Shown: in pieces, positions 39,824-48,856 of the stretch
Numbering within the stretch: the first letter of the stretch is position 1
Layout of the letters: every line of letters starts with the position of its first letter
Assembly: GCA_964406505.1 (NCBI GenBank)
Contig: CAYORX010000004.1
Location: forward strand, 17,056 to 81,055
From: an uncultured Eubacteriales bacterium
Lineage (GTDB): Bacteria; Bacillota; Sulfobacillia; Fermentithermobacillales; Fermentithermobacillaceae
DNA length: 64,000 nucleotides
Direction: 5' to 3'
Notes under the pieces: generated by a model
Databases searched by the model: none
Told to the model about the DNA's origin: nothing
Seen by the model: the letters and a program-made list of their open reading frames with translations, nothing else
Made by a program: the position numbers and the translations under genes

Positions 39824-42524
39824 CGGCCCAATTATCTCCTACCTTAATATCGACTTTCAAAGGCACTTTAAGTTTCATTACGCCTTCCATTTCCTGTTTT
39901 ATAATCTGTTTCATGTAGTCTTTTTCCTCAGGAGATATTTCAAATATAAGTTCATCGTGAACTTGCAATATCATTCTTGAACTTAGATTTTCGTCGGTAA
40001 TTCTTTTGTAAATTCGTACCATAGCAAGTTTGATAAGATCAGCGGCACTGCCTTGAATAGGAGTGTTAATAGCTGTTCTTTCAGCAAATCCTCGTCTCAC
40101 GCTATGTCGTGCATTTATATCAGGTATAAACCTTCTTCTACCCAAAATGGTAGTAACATAGCTGGTCTTTCTTGCTTGAGCGATCATTTTGTCCATATAT
40201 TGCTTGACTAGCGGATATTTGAGAAAATATGATTCCATAAACTGTCGCGCCTCATCTATTTGAACACCCGTGTTTCTAGCTAGCCCAAATTCAGATATAC
40301 CATAGATGACTCCAAAATTTACTGCTTTAGCTTGGCTTCTTAAATCAGGTGTAACCTCCTGAGGTGAAACTCCAAATATTTCTGAAGCAGTTGTTTTGTG
40401 AATATCCTGATTGTGCTTAAACGCGTCAATCATGGTGTTATCACCTGACATATGTGCCATGACTCGAAGTTCAATTTGAGAATAGTCACAAGCCATAAAC
40501 AGATAAGCGGAACGTGGTATAAATATACCTCTTATCGCTCTTCCCGATTCGGTTCTGACAGGTATGTTTTGCAAATTAGGTTCAGCACTTGAAAGTCTAC
40601 CTGTAGCAGTAACTGTCTGGTGAAACGTGGAATGAATTCGCCCTGTAACAGGGTTAACCACCTTCTCTAACGGATCCAGATAAGTAGACTTGAGTTTAGA
40701 ATAATGCCGATACTCTAAAATCTTATTTGGAAGCGGGTGAACCTCGCTTAGAATTTCCAAAACCTCTGCAGCGGTTGAATATCCGGTTTTAGTTTTCCTA
40801 ATTGGCGTAAGTTCAAGTTTTTCAAACAAAATATAGCTGAGCTGCTTAGGCGAGCTAAGATTGAACTTCTCACCCGCAATTTCGTAAGCTTCCTCTTCTA
40901 TTTTTGCTAACTTTAACTCAAATTGCTGCCTAAGCGCAGTTCCCTTCTGAAGATCTACCCCAATTCCCAACGTTTCCATGGATGCTAACACTTTTACCAA
41001 AGGAAATTCTACACGCTCGGCTAAATCCCATAGGTCATTATCTTTCAATTCCTGTTTAAGTACATCTGCCAACTCAAATGAAAAATGAGCCCCTTCGGCC
41101 AAATGGGACAATAATGCCTTTTTACCCGCACCATTTATTTTGTGGATCTGAGAGATGTCCATATCTGCTAATGATATGGGCTTGTTTAACATATCGCTCA
41201 TCAAATCATCAAGTTTGTAGTTTGATCTAGTGGGATCTAGCAAATATGCTGCTACTAAAATATCAAACTCGAAACCTAAAAAATTAGTGTCTTTATGAAA
41301 ACACAAATTGAAAAGCCACTTAAGATCGAAACCCAGTTTTTTAATATCGCCATTTTCTAAAATCGGACCTAAGTGATTCCACATCACGTCTTGATAAAAA
41401 TCATCGGTCACAGTTGATTCGTCGTCAAAATGAATTACGCAGGGCCGTTTTCCTGTAGAGATACCGATATATTTTGGCCAATGCAAATTACTGGAAGCAT
41501 AATGAACGATTTCGTCAGAATTTGCGTATATCGATACTTGCTTTTCGTCAGCAATACGTCGGGCGAGGGTCTCCAATTTTTCTTCTGTATTTATGATCTC
41601 ATAGTCTTTCACTGAACTCGTTGTTATCAACATTTCATCTTGCGTGCTAGTATTTTCGTACTTATCCAGTCTTTTTATGAGACTGTGAAATTCAAGTCGA
41701 TTGAACCAGCGCTTTGCCTTTTCTATGTCGAGTCCTTCCCATCTTGCGTCAGCTACGCTGACGTGACACGGTGCATTACAAACGATAGTCGCAAGCCGTT
41801 TAGAAAAGAAAGCAGTTTCTTTTTGGTCTCTTAAAAGTTTTTGCGTCCGCGGCGGGGAAACTTCATCTATGTTTGAATAGATTTGCTCAATATCGTCGTA
41901 TTGGTTAAGTAATTTCGCCGCCGTTTTAGCTCCAACACCTTTTACACCTGGGATATTGTCAGATGGATCGCCTACAAGAGCTTTGTAGTCGGGGATCTGT
42001 TTTGGCCAAACATCCATATCTTGCTTTACGGTTTCAGGGTCATATTGCTTCGTTTTTGAAATACCTTTTATGAAAAGAACTACCTTGCGACCGTCACCAA
42101 CCAATTGTAGGCAATCGCGATCACCTGATAACACGCTTACATCGAAACCTTTGGCGCTGTATTCACACGCCAAAGTACCTATAAGATCATCCGCTTCAAA
42201 ACCGGGTAATTCTACAAATGCCAATCCAAGTTCTGCTAACGTTTGTTTAAGCAGCGGCATTTGTTCTTTGAGATCTTCGGGAGTAGGCTTTCGAGTGCCC
42301 TTGTAATCTTTAAACTCAATGTGACGAAACGTAGGCGATGGATGATCAAAAGCACAAATTATATGTTCAGGTTGAGTTTCCTCAACCAATTTAAGAAGCA
42401 TGGTAAGAAATCCATAAACCGCTCCTGTAGGACTACCTTCACTCGTAGTAAGCGGCGGAAGCGCGTAAAAAGCCCTATAGGCTAAAGAATTAGCGTCAAC
42501 CAGCAAAAGCTGTTTGCCGTCCAT
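39816..42524 (-). CDS. polA: DNA polymerase I
   Basis: 902-aa ORF with a 5'-3' exonuclease N-terminus, a 3'-5' exonuclease-like middle region and family-A polymerase motifs (DYSQIELR, QVHDEL). Confidence 0.96.
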   Translation of the reverse strand: MDGKQLLLVDANSLAYRAFYALPPLTTSEGSPTGAVYGFLTMLLKLVEETQPEHIICAFDHPSPTFRHIEFKDYKGTRKPTPEDLKEQMPLLKQTLAELGLAFVELPGFEADDLIGTLACEYSAKGFDVSVLSGDRDCLQLVGDGRKVVLFIKGISKTKQYDPETVKQDMDVWPKQIPDYKALVGDPSDNIPGVKGVGAKTAAKLLNQYDDIEQIYSNIDEVSPPRTQKLLRDQKETAFFSKRLATIVCNAPCHVSVADARWEGLDIEKAKRWFNRLEFHSLIKRLDKYENTSTQDEMLITTSSVKDYEIINTEEKLETLARRIADEKQVSIYANSDEIVHYASSNLHWPKYIGISTGKRPCVIHFDDESTVTDDFYQDVMWNHLGPILENGDIKKLGFDLKWLFNLCFHKDTNFLGFEFDILVAAYLLDPTRSNYKLDDLMSDMLNKPISLADMDISQIHKINGAGKKALLSHLAEGAHFSFELADVLKQELKDNDLWDLAERVEFPLVKVLASMETLGIGVDLQKGTALRQQFELKLAKIEEEAYEIAGEKFNLSSPKQLSYILFEKLELTPIRKTKTGYSTAAEVLEILSEVHPLPNKILEYRHYSKLKSTYLDPLEKVVNPVTGRIHSTFHQTVTATGRLSSAEPNLQNIPVRTESGRAIRGIFIPRSAYLFMACDYSQIELRVMAHMSGDNTMIDAFKHNQDIHKTTASEIFGVSPQEVTPDLRSQAKAVNFGVIYGISEFGLARNTGVQIDEARQFMESYFLKYPLVKQYMDKMIAQARKTSYVTTILGRRRFIPDINARHSVRRGFAERTAINTPIQGSAADLIKLAMVRIYKRITDENLSSRMILQVHDELIFEISPEEKDYMKQIIKQEMEGVMKLKVPLKVDIKVGDNWADV

Positions 42525-42573
42525 ATCGCTGTCACCCCTAGATAGTATTTACGTTTTTAAATCATTTTTATGG

Positions 42574-43815
42574 TCAGGTCCGTTTTTGAAGCACACTTCT
42601 AATCCCAAAATACCCAAGTGCTAAAACCAAAACCATAGGAGCTATCTTGGCGGTGAACATAAACATATCCTGCCATGCTTTAAGAAAAGTTTTCCATATA
42701 TTGGCCCAAGGTGATGGAATGGGTTGGCTAGCACCTTCTTCTATTATCGTCAAAGATAAAAATGACATGGCAGAAGATTTTTCTAACAAAGCTCGCCTTC
42801 CCTCCATACTTTCAATATCAGCTCTTACTCGAGACAGTTCCCCTTCTACCTGGAGCAATTCACCTACTGTTGACGCGTTCCCAAGGATTTGTAACAATCG
42901 TTGTTCTTGTTGAATTTTGTTTTGTGTCCTTGCGTTAAGATCTACATATTGTTCCGTAACATCTTCTACAGAACTGTCTGATCGGGTAACCTCACCGAAA
43001 GATGATATGTCTTCGATTGCCTTATCTAAATTTTCTGATGGTACTCTCGCTGTCATATAAAAAACGGTTGATTTACGTTTGTCTTGAGACAATGACATAG
43101 AAGACGATTCAATATACCCCTGATTTGAGCGGACAACGTGTGTAGTTTGTTCTGAAACCGGACCTACTTCACCTCGTGAAACTTCAAGAGATAAGTTTGC
43201 ACGTTTAATGAGTTTACGATCTACATCCATAACGTTCGCCATAATAAAATCGTTCATATCAGAAGACAAATTCAAGTCTGGTTGAATCAAGTGTTTTTGA
43301 GCTATATCGTAAGATTCATCTGGCGACTCAAACGACTCAGAGGCTGAAGGTGCCTGGATATTATCACCCATGGGGCCGAAATTCCTCATGCCTTCTGAAA
43401 TACCTTGTGTAGTTTTGGGAAAACCATAACGGTTCACGAAAAATAACGTGCCCCCGGAAGAAATTATCATGATGACGAGACATGCCGCTATAACAAAACT
43501 TGCAGTTCTCAACTTCCCCCGCATTATGGATGGCATTTTAAAACCAGACCAAATGCGTTTAGACGAACCTATGTTTTTAAACTGCTTTTGATCATGAGTT
43601 TGGGTCACAGCACTCATAATTTGGGCATGTAATCGGCTTGGAAATTCAAGTTCGGGGAGAGACCTTAGAGCTGTTTTGACATGCTGGACACCTTCTAACT
43701 CGCGTCGGCAACGTTCACAACGTTCTAAATGTTCCTTGACTAAATTATGGGTATCAGAATTTAGTTCCCCGTCTAAATACGATGACAAAAGTTCGGTAAC
43801 ATCACAGCAAGTCAT
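42574..43815 (-). CDS. Anti-sigma factor: N-terminal zinc-finger (ZAS, HxxxCxxC) domain fused to a TM segment and an extracytoplasmic DUF4349 domain
   Basis: N-terminal motif EHLERCERCRRELEG, one TM helix (FVIAACLVIMIIS), a C-terminal coiled-coil DUF4349-like region and a terminal TM. Overlaps the upstream sigma factor gene by 4 nt. Confidence 0.65.
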   Translation of the reverse strand: MTCCDVTELLSSYLDGELNSDTHNLVKEHLERCERCRRELEGVQHVKTALRSLPELEFPSRLHAQIMSAVTQTHDQKQFKNIGSSKRIWSGFKMPSIMRGKLRTASFVIAACLVIMIISSGGTLFFVNRYGFPKTTQGISEGMRNFGPMGDNIQAPSASESFESPDESYDIAQKHLIQPDLNLSSDMNDFIMANVMDVDRKLIKRANLSLEVSRGEVGPVSEQTTHVVRSNQGYIESSSMSLSQDKRKSTVFYMTARVPSENLDKAIEDISSFGEVTRSDSSVEDVTEQYVDLNARTQNKIQQEQRLLQILGNASTVGELLQVEGELSRVRADIESMEGRRALLEKSSAMSFLSLTIIEEGASQPIPSPWANIWKTFLKAWQDMFMFTAKIAPMVLVLALGYFGIRSVLQKRT

Positions 43816-44429
43816 TTGCCATCCCCCCTTTCGTCTTGTTTGACGTTAGGCGGGAAGATTTGTTCCTCATCTATTAATTTTCTCACAATATTCCTTGCTC
43901 TATGAATTCTCGACTTTACGGTGCCCAAAGATATGTTCAATATTTCAGAAATTTCTTGATATGAATAACCTTGAACATCACATAAAATTAAAACTACGCG
44001 GTAATGAAAATCTAGATCATTTAGAATGTCTAACACTTTTTCACCGAGTAATCTAGTTTCGACAACTTTTTCGGTGTTTTTTTCTAAATCTTCTACCTGT
44101 CGTTGAACTTCTGAGTCAGACAAAATTATAGGCGCATCTAAAGAATAAATCTGAACTTTTTTACGTTTGCGCAAATGGTCCAGAGAGGTATTGACGCAAA
44201 TTCTGTATATCCAGGTTGAAAACTTGCTGTCTCCCCGAAATCTAGGCAAAGCTTTATATACTTTAACGAATACATCCTGTACTATATCCATAGCGTCTTC
44301 GCTATTAGATACCATGCGGACGGCTGTATTATACATTCTAGTTTCATAAGTTTCTACAAGAACTTCAAAAGCTGACATATCGCCTTCTGATGCTCTTTTG
44401 ACAATAGCTTGTTCATTCGGCAAAGACAT
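43812..44429 (-). CDS. ECF-type RNA polymerase sigma-70 factor
   Basis: Sigma-70 regions 2 and 4 (FEVLVETYETRMYNTAVRMV...; C-terminal HTH), 205 aa. Confidence 0.88.
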   Translation of the reverse strand: MSLPNEQAIVKRASEGDMSAFEVLVETYETRMYNTAVRMVSNSEDAMDIVQDVFVKVYKALPRFRGDSKFSTWIYRICVNTSLDHLRKRKKVQIYSLDAPIILSDSEVQRQVEDLEKNTEKVVETRLLGEKVLDILNDLDFHYRVVLILCDVQGYSYQEISEILNISLGTVKSRIHRARNIVRKLIDEEQIFPPNVKQDERGDGK

Positions 44430-44514
44430 TGGTTACCCCCTTGCTTCTCCGATTCAAGCTTTCATTAAGCTTTCTATGATTTAAACCATCTTTAGATATG
44501 GTGCAAAGGTCTTT

Positions 44515-46362
44515 TTATTCTGTTGATTTGTAGCACAGACCTAACTCACCGAGTTGGTTTTTTGATATTTGAGACGGCGCTCCAGTTAATAAACATGTTG
44601 CTCTAGCAGTCTTCGGAAATGCTATTACATCTCTAATGGTATTAGCCCCTACCATAAGCATTACAACCCTATCCATGCCAAATGCTATTCCGCAATGCGG
44701 AGGTGAACCATATTCGAATGCTTCTAACAGAAAGCCAAATTTTTCACGTGCTTCTGAGTCAGTAAGGCCCAAAATATTGAAAACCTTCTCTTGAACTTCC
44801 CTTCTATGAATACGCACGGAACCTGAAGCTAATTCTACTCCATTTAACACTAAATCGTAAGCCCGTGCTCGAATTTGAGATTTTACCGCATCATCATTTG
44901 TATCTAACATAGACACATGTTCTGCGACAGGACTAGTAAATGGATGGTGAGCAGCTTGCCAAGATCCGTCTTCTTCATTTTTCTCTAAAAAGGGAAAATC
45001 GGTAACCCACAGAAACCGGTATTCATCTTGGGGGATTAATTTCAACCTTTCTCCCAGTTCCAATCTCAACCTACCCAAAGCCGATACTGCAACCTGAAAA
45101 GGACCTGCAACAATTAAAACCAAGTCTCCTTCTTGGGCTCCCATAACTTTTGCAATCGCAGAAATTTCATGTGAAGTAAGGTGCCTTTTTATGGGGGATT
45201 TCACTTCTCCCCCAGGTAAATATGCAATAGGTATCAATCCACTTGCCCCAAACTGTTTTGCAAGATCTGTAAGTAAGTCGAGATCTTTTCTAGACCAATC
45301 TGCACAATGTTTTACACAGATCGCTTTGACTACGCCTTCACTTTTTAATGTGTTTTTAAAAACCATGAATTGTGATCGTCTCAGTGAATCTGATATATCA
45401 TGTAACTTCATGTCAAAACGAATATCAGGTTTGTCAGATCCATACATATTCATGGCTTCGTCCCAGGTTATTTTAGGAAATGGTACATGAAGTTCTGTAC
45501 TTAAAACATCTTTCCATAAATATTTGATCATTCCTTCAACCAGCGAAAATACCTGTTCTTCTTTTGCAAAAGACATTTCTATATCGATTTGAGTAAACTC
45601 TGGCTGCCTATCAGCTCTTAAATCTTCATCTCTGTAACAACGGGCTATCTGAAAATATTTATCCACCCCGGATACCATTAAAAGTTGTTTGAAAATTTGA
45701 GGCGATTGAGCTAATGCATAAAAACTGCCGGGTTCTAGCCTAGAAGGCACAAGATAATCCCTAGCCCCTTCGGGAGTGGTCTTAGTCATTGACGGAGTAT
45801 CGACCTCCCAAAATCCATTATCAGATAGGTAATTCCTAACTGAAAGTGTGGCTTTATGCCTGACTTCTAGGTTTCTTAACATTGGCAATCTACGAAGATC
45901 AATAAAGCGATACCGCATTCTAATACTCTCGTCAGGTTCAGCTTGATCGCGAATTACAAAAGGAGGAGTTTTAGATTGGTTGAAAACTAGAATTTGGTCT
46001 GCGATAACTTCTATAGTGCCCGTGGCAAACTCAGGATTCTCTTTCCCCGGCAATCGTCTTACAACCACGCCTGAAACGCAAATAACATATTCTGATCTAA
46101 GTCTTTTTGCGATATCAAAACTATCAGGTGTTTTTGCGTGATCTACAACTACTTGAACCATACCGGTACGATCTCTTAAATCAATAAACACCAGTTCACC
46201 GAAATCCCTTTGTCGGTTTACCCACCCCATCAAAGTTACTCTACTATCTATATCTTTTTCAGAAAGTTTTCCGCAGTAACAAGTGCGTTTTTGTCCTTCA
46301 TAGTCAGATACTACAAGCGGTGCTACCGCGGTTTGAATCTTTTCCTCATCACTTGCTGCCAC
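44515..46362 (-). CDS. aspS: Aspartyl-tRNA synthetase
   Basis: Class-II aaRS with an N-terminal OB fold, a GAD insertion and motifs 1-3. 615 aa. Confidence 0.96.
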   Translation of the reverse strand: MAASDEEKIQTAVAPLVVSDYEGQKRTCYCGKLSEKDIDSRVTLMGWVNRQRDFGELVFIDLRDRTGMVQVVVDHAKTPDSFDIAKRLRSEYVICVSGVVVRRLPGKENPEFATGTIEVIADQILVFNQSKTPPFVIRDQAEPDESIRMRYRFIDLRRLPMLRNLEVRHKATLSVRNYLSDNGFWEVDTPSMTKTTPEGARDYLVPSRLEPGSFYALAQSPQIFKQLLMVSGVDKYFQIARCYRDEDLRADRQPEFTQIDIEMSFAKEEQVFSLVEGMIKYLWKDVLSTELHVPFPKITWDEAMNMYGSDKPDIRFDMKLHDISDSLRRSQFMVFKNTLKSEGVVKAICVKHCADWSRKDLDLLTDLAKQFGASGLIPIAYLPGGEVKSPIKRHLTSHEISAIAKVMGAQEGDLVLIVAGPFQVAVSALGRLRLELGERLKLIPQDEYRFLWVTDFPFLEKNEEDGSWQAAHHPFTSPVAEHVSMLDTNDDAVKSQIRARAYDLVLNGVELASGSVRIHRREVQEKVFNILGLTDSEAREKFGFLLEAFEYGSPPHCGIAFGMDRVVMLMVGANTIRDVIAFPKTARATCLLTGAPSQISKNQLGELGLCYKSTE

Positions 46363-47641
46363 CTAAGATTTCCTCCTTAATAAAATCTGACGCATTATCT
46401 GCACAAATCTGCTTTTGCCACCCATGCTCCATAGATCTTACTGTCACTACATTTTGTTCGATCTCTTTTTCACCAATTATCGCAACAAATTTTGCGTTAA
46501 ACCTATTAGCGTGTTTCATTTGGGCCCTTATGCTGCGGCGTAGCGGATCAAAATCACAGGTGAGTCCTTTATGGCGAAGATTACTCAACAATTTAAACCC
46601 AGAATCCGAAATTTCCTCAGTAGTTTGTTCGTTCGCGCCCTTCAAGATAATCACAAAACACTCTATGAAGTTTTGCGGTTCAATAGGTTTCTCACCTTTT
46701 TCAGAAGCGATAAGTAACCTTTCAACGCCCAATGCAAATCCTACTCCGGGGCACGGTTTACCACCTAATTCTTCAACTAGTCCGTCATAGCGACCTCCGC
46801 CGATGATCGTATCTTGAGCACCTAAAGGTGGCCATTTTAGTTCAAACACTGTTCTTGTATAATAATCCAAACCCCTCACTAAAGTGGGATCAACAGTATA
46901 TTCAAGGCCACTCGATGTCAAAATGTTTTTAAGTGAATTCCAATGAACCGCGCAATCGTAACATAAATAGTTTTGTATCGAAGGAGCATTTTTCACTATC
47001 TTCTGACACTTTTTATGTTTACAATCCAAAACCCTTAAAGGGTTTGTGTCGAGCCTAGTTACACAATCCGGGCAAAGTTCTTCTGATTTTCCGGAAATAT
47101 ACTTGATAAGATCTTTTTTGTGATCCTTGCGGCAAACCGGGCACCCAATGGTGTTTATGAAAAGCGTAGTCCCAAGCAATCCCAATTCTTCCGCTATTCT
47201 AATCGCAAACAAAATCACTTCCGCATCGGAATATGGTGAAAAAGAACCTAATGTTTCGATACCGAACTGCACAAATTCCCTGTATCGTCCGGCTTGGGGC
47301 TTTTCATACCGAAACATCGGACCTAAATAGAACAATTTTCTTGGCAAAACGCCACCATCCAGCCCTCTTTCTAAAAACGCACGGACGACAGGAGCGGTAC
47401 CTTCGGGGCGCAAGGTAAGATCTCTTCCTCCCTTATCTTGAAATGTATACATCTCTTTTTGTACGATATCGGTAGTTTCTCCTACGGTTCTAAAAAATAG
47501 CTCTGTATGCTCGAACATAGGAGTCCTTACTTCTTCAAAATTGTAAATTTCAGAAAGATTTCTAAGAAGTGTTTCAAGATAAATCCACCTGTGCGATTCA
47601 GGAGGCAATATATCATTAGTTCCCCGTGGCGCCCTTATCAT
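46349..47641 (-). CDS. hisS: Histidyl-tRNA synthetase
   Basis: Class-II HisRS motifs and an anticodon-binding domain. 430 aa. Confidence 0.96.
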   Translation of the reverse strand: MIRAPRGTNDILPPESHRWIYLETLLRNLSEIYNFEEVRTPMFEHTELFFRTVGETTDIVQKEMYTFQDKGGRDLTLRPEGTAPVVRAFLERGLDGGVLPRKLFYLGPMFRYEKPQAGRYREFVQFGIETLGSFSPYSDAEVILFAIRIAEELGLLGTTLFINTIGCPVCRKDHKKDLIKYISGKSEELCPDCVTRLDTNPLRVLDCKHKKCQKIVKNAPSIQNYLCYDCAVHWNSLKNILTSSGLEYTVDPTLVRGLDYYTRTVFELKWPPLGAQDTIIGGGRYDGLVEELGGKPCPGVGFALGVERLLIASEKGEKPIEPQNFIECFVIILKGANEQTTEEISDSGFKLLSNLRHKGLTCDFDPLRRSIRAQMKHANRFNAKFVAIIGEKEIEQNVVTVRSMEHGWQKQICADNASDFIKEEILGGSK

Positions 47642-47693
47642 AACTAATCCTCCTATGAAAGTTGCAAAGTACTGCCGCTAAATCTGTATGGGT

Positions 47694-48368
47694 TTAAGTA
47701 AGAAAAGGATTTTCTTTGCGCTCCTTATCTACAGTAGTACGAATACCGTGACCCGGATATATGACTGTATCGCCTGGCAAAGTCATTATTTTGTTCTGAA
47801 TTGTAGCGATAAGCAGGTCAGGATCGCTACCAGGAAAATCGGCCCTACCTATGCTGAGACGAAAAATTACATCTCCTGAAAAAAGTGCTCCGGGATTATC
47901 CTTCAAATCTTTATCACCCTTTTTTCCGTCCCAATATAAAGATATACTGCCTGCACTGTGTCCGGGCGTTTGGATCACACGAAGGTTGGATTCCCCAAAA
48001 CTTACAATGTCACCTTCTTTGATGAAAACACGATCCTTCACTACAGACATACCACTTGTATCCATGATATTTCTCATCCAACCAGGATCATCTAAAAAAC
48101 TACTATCGGTTTCAGACACCATCACAGGTGCCGAAGTTTTGGATTGGATAAATCCGGCGTCCATAATGTGATCTAGGTGCCCATGCGTAAGTACAACATA
48201 TCGAACATTAAGCTTTAAATCACTGACAAAATCAAGCAGTTTTTGCCCATCACCACCGGGGTCAATGATTATAGCTTCTTTAGACGATCTATCTTCTACA
48301 ATATAACAATTAGTATCGAGAGGGCCTACTACACGTCGGTGTACCTTCAACGATAACCCGCCTTTCAA
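47694..48368 (-). CDS. MBL-fold metallo-hydrolase (glyoxalase II-like)
   Basis: HxHxDH motif (LTHGHLDHI), 224 aa. Confidence 0.85.
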   Translation of the reverse strand: MKGGLSLKVHRRVVGPLDTNCYIVEDRSSKEAIIIDPGGDGQKLLDFVSDLKLNVRYVVLTHGHLDHIMDAGFIQSKTSAPVMVSETDSSFLDDPGWMRNIMDTSGMSVVKDRVFIKEGDIVSFGESNLRVIQTPGHSAGSISLYWDGKKGDKDLKDNPGALFSGDVIFRLSIGRADFPGSDPDLLIATIQNKIMTLPGDTVIYPGHGIRTTVDKERKENPFLT

Positions 48369-48403
48369 TTTCCAATGCTAAGCAAATCGATAAAAGAAAC
48401 CAA

Positions 48404-48853
48404 TTAAAATTCTTTAGTGCTCGAAATCAGTATAGTAACAGGCCCATCATTTATAAGTCTAACCTGCATATCCGCACCAAAGACACCTTTTTTAACCGAT
48501 AATCCCAGACCTTTCAATTGGTCTAATAACTTCAAATACAATTCTTCCCCATCAGATGGAGATGCAGCTGCGCTAAAGCTTGGACGCTTACCTTTCTTAA
48601 CATCACCGTATAAAGTAAATTGGGGTACTACTAGAATTTCGCCTGAAATATCAGTAAGTGATAAGTTCATTTTACCTTCATCATCAGAAAACACTCTAAG
48701 ACCCGCAAGCTTATCTGCTATGTACGATACATCTTTTTTAGTATCGCCTTTTCCCACCCCTAAAAGTACCAACGCCCCACGGCCGATAGATGAAACTACC
48801 TTTTGTTCTACGATTACACTCGCTTCTATCACTCGTTGGAATACTGCTCTCAC
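48404..48853 (-). CDS. dtd: D-aminoacyl-tRNA deacylase
   Basis: 149-aa Dtd family member (MRAVFQRV..., SQFTLYGD-like motif). Confidence 0.9.
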   Translation of the reverse strand: MRAVFQRVIEASVIVEQKVVSSIGRGALVLLGVGKGDTKKDVSYIADKLAGLRVFSDDEGKMNLSLTDISGEILVVPQFTLYGDVKKGKRPSFSAAASPSDGEELYLKLLDQLKGLGLSVKKGVFGADMQVRLINDGPVTILISSTKEF

Positions 48854-48856
48854 AAC

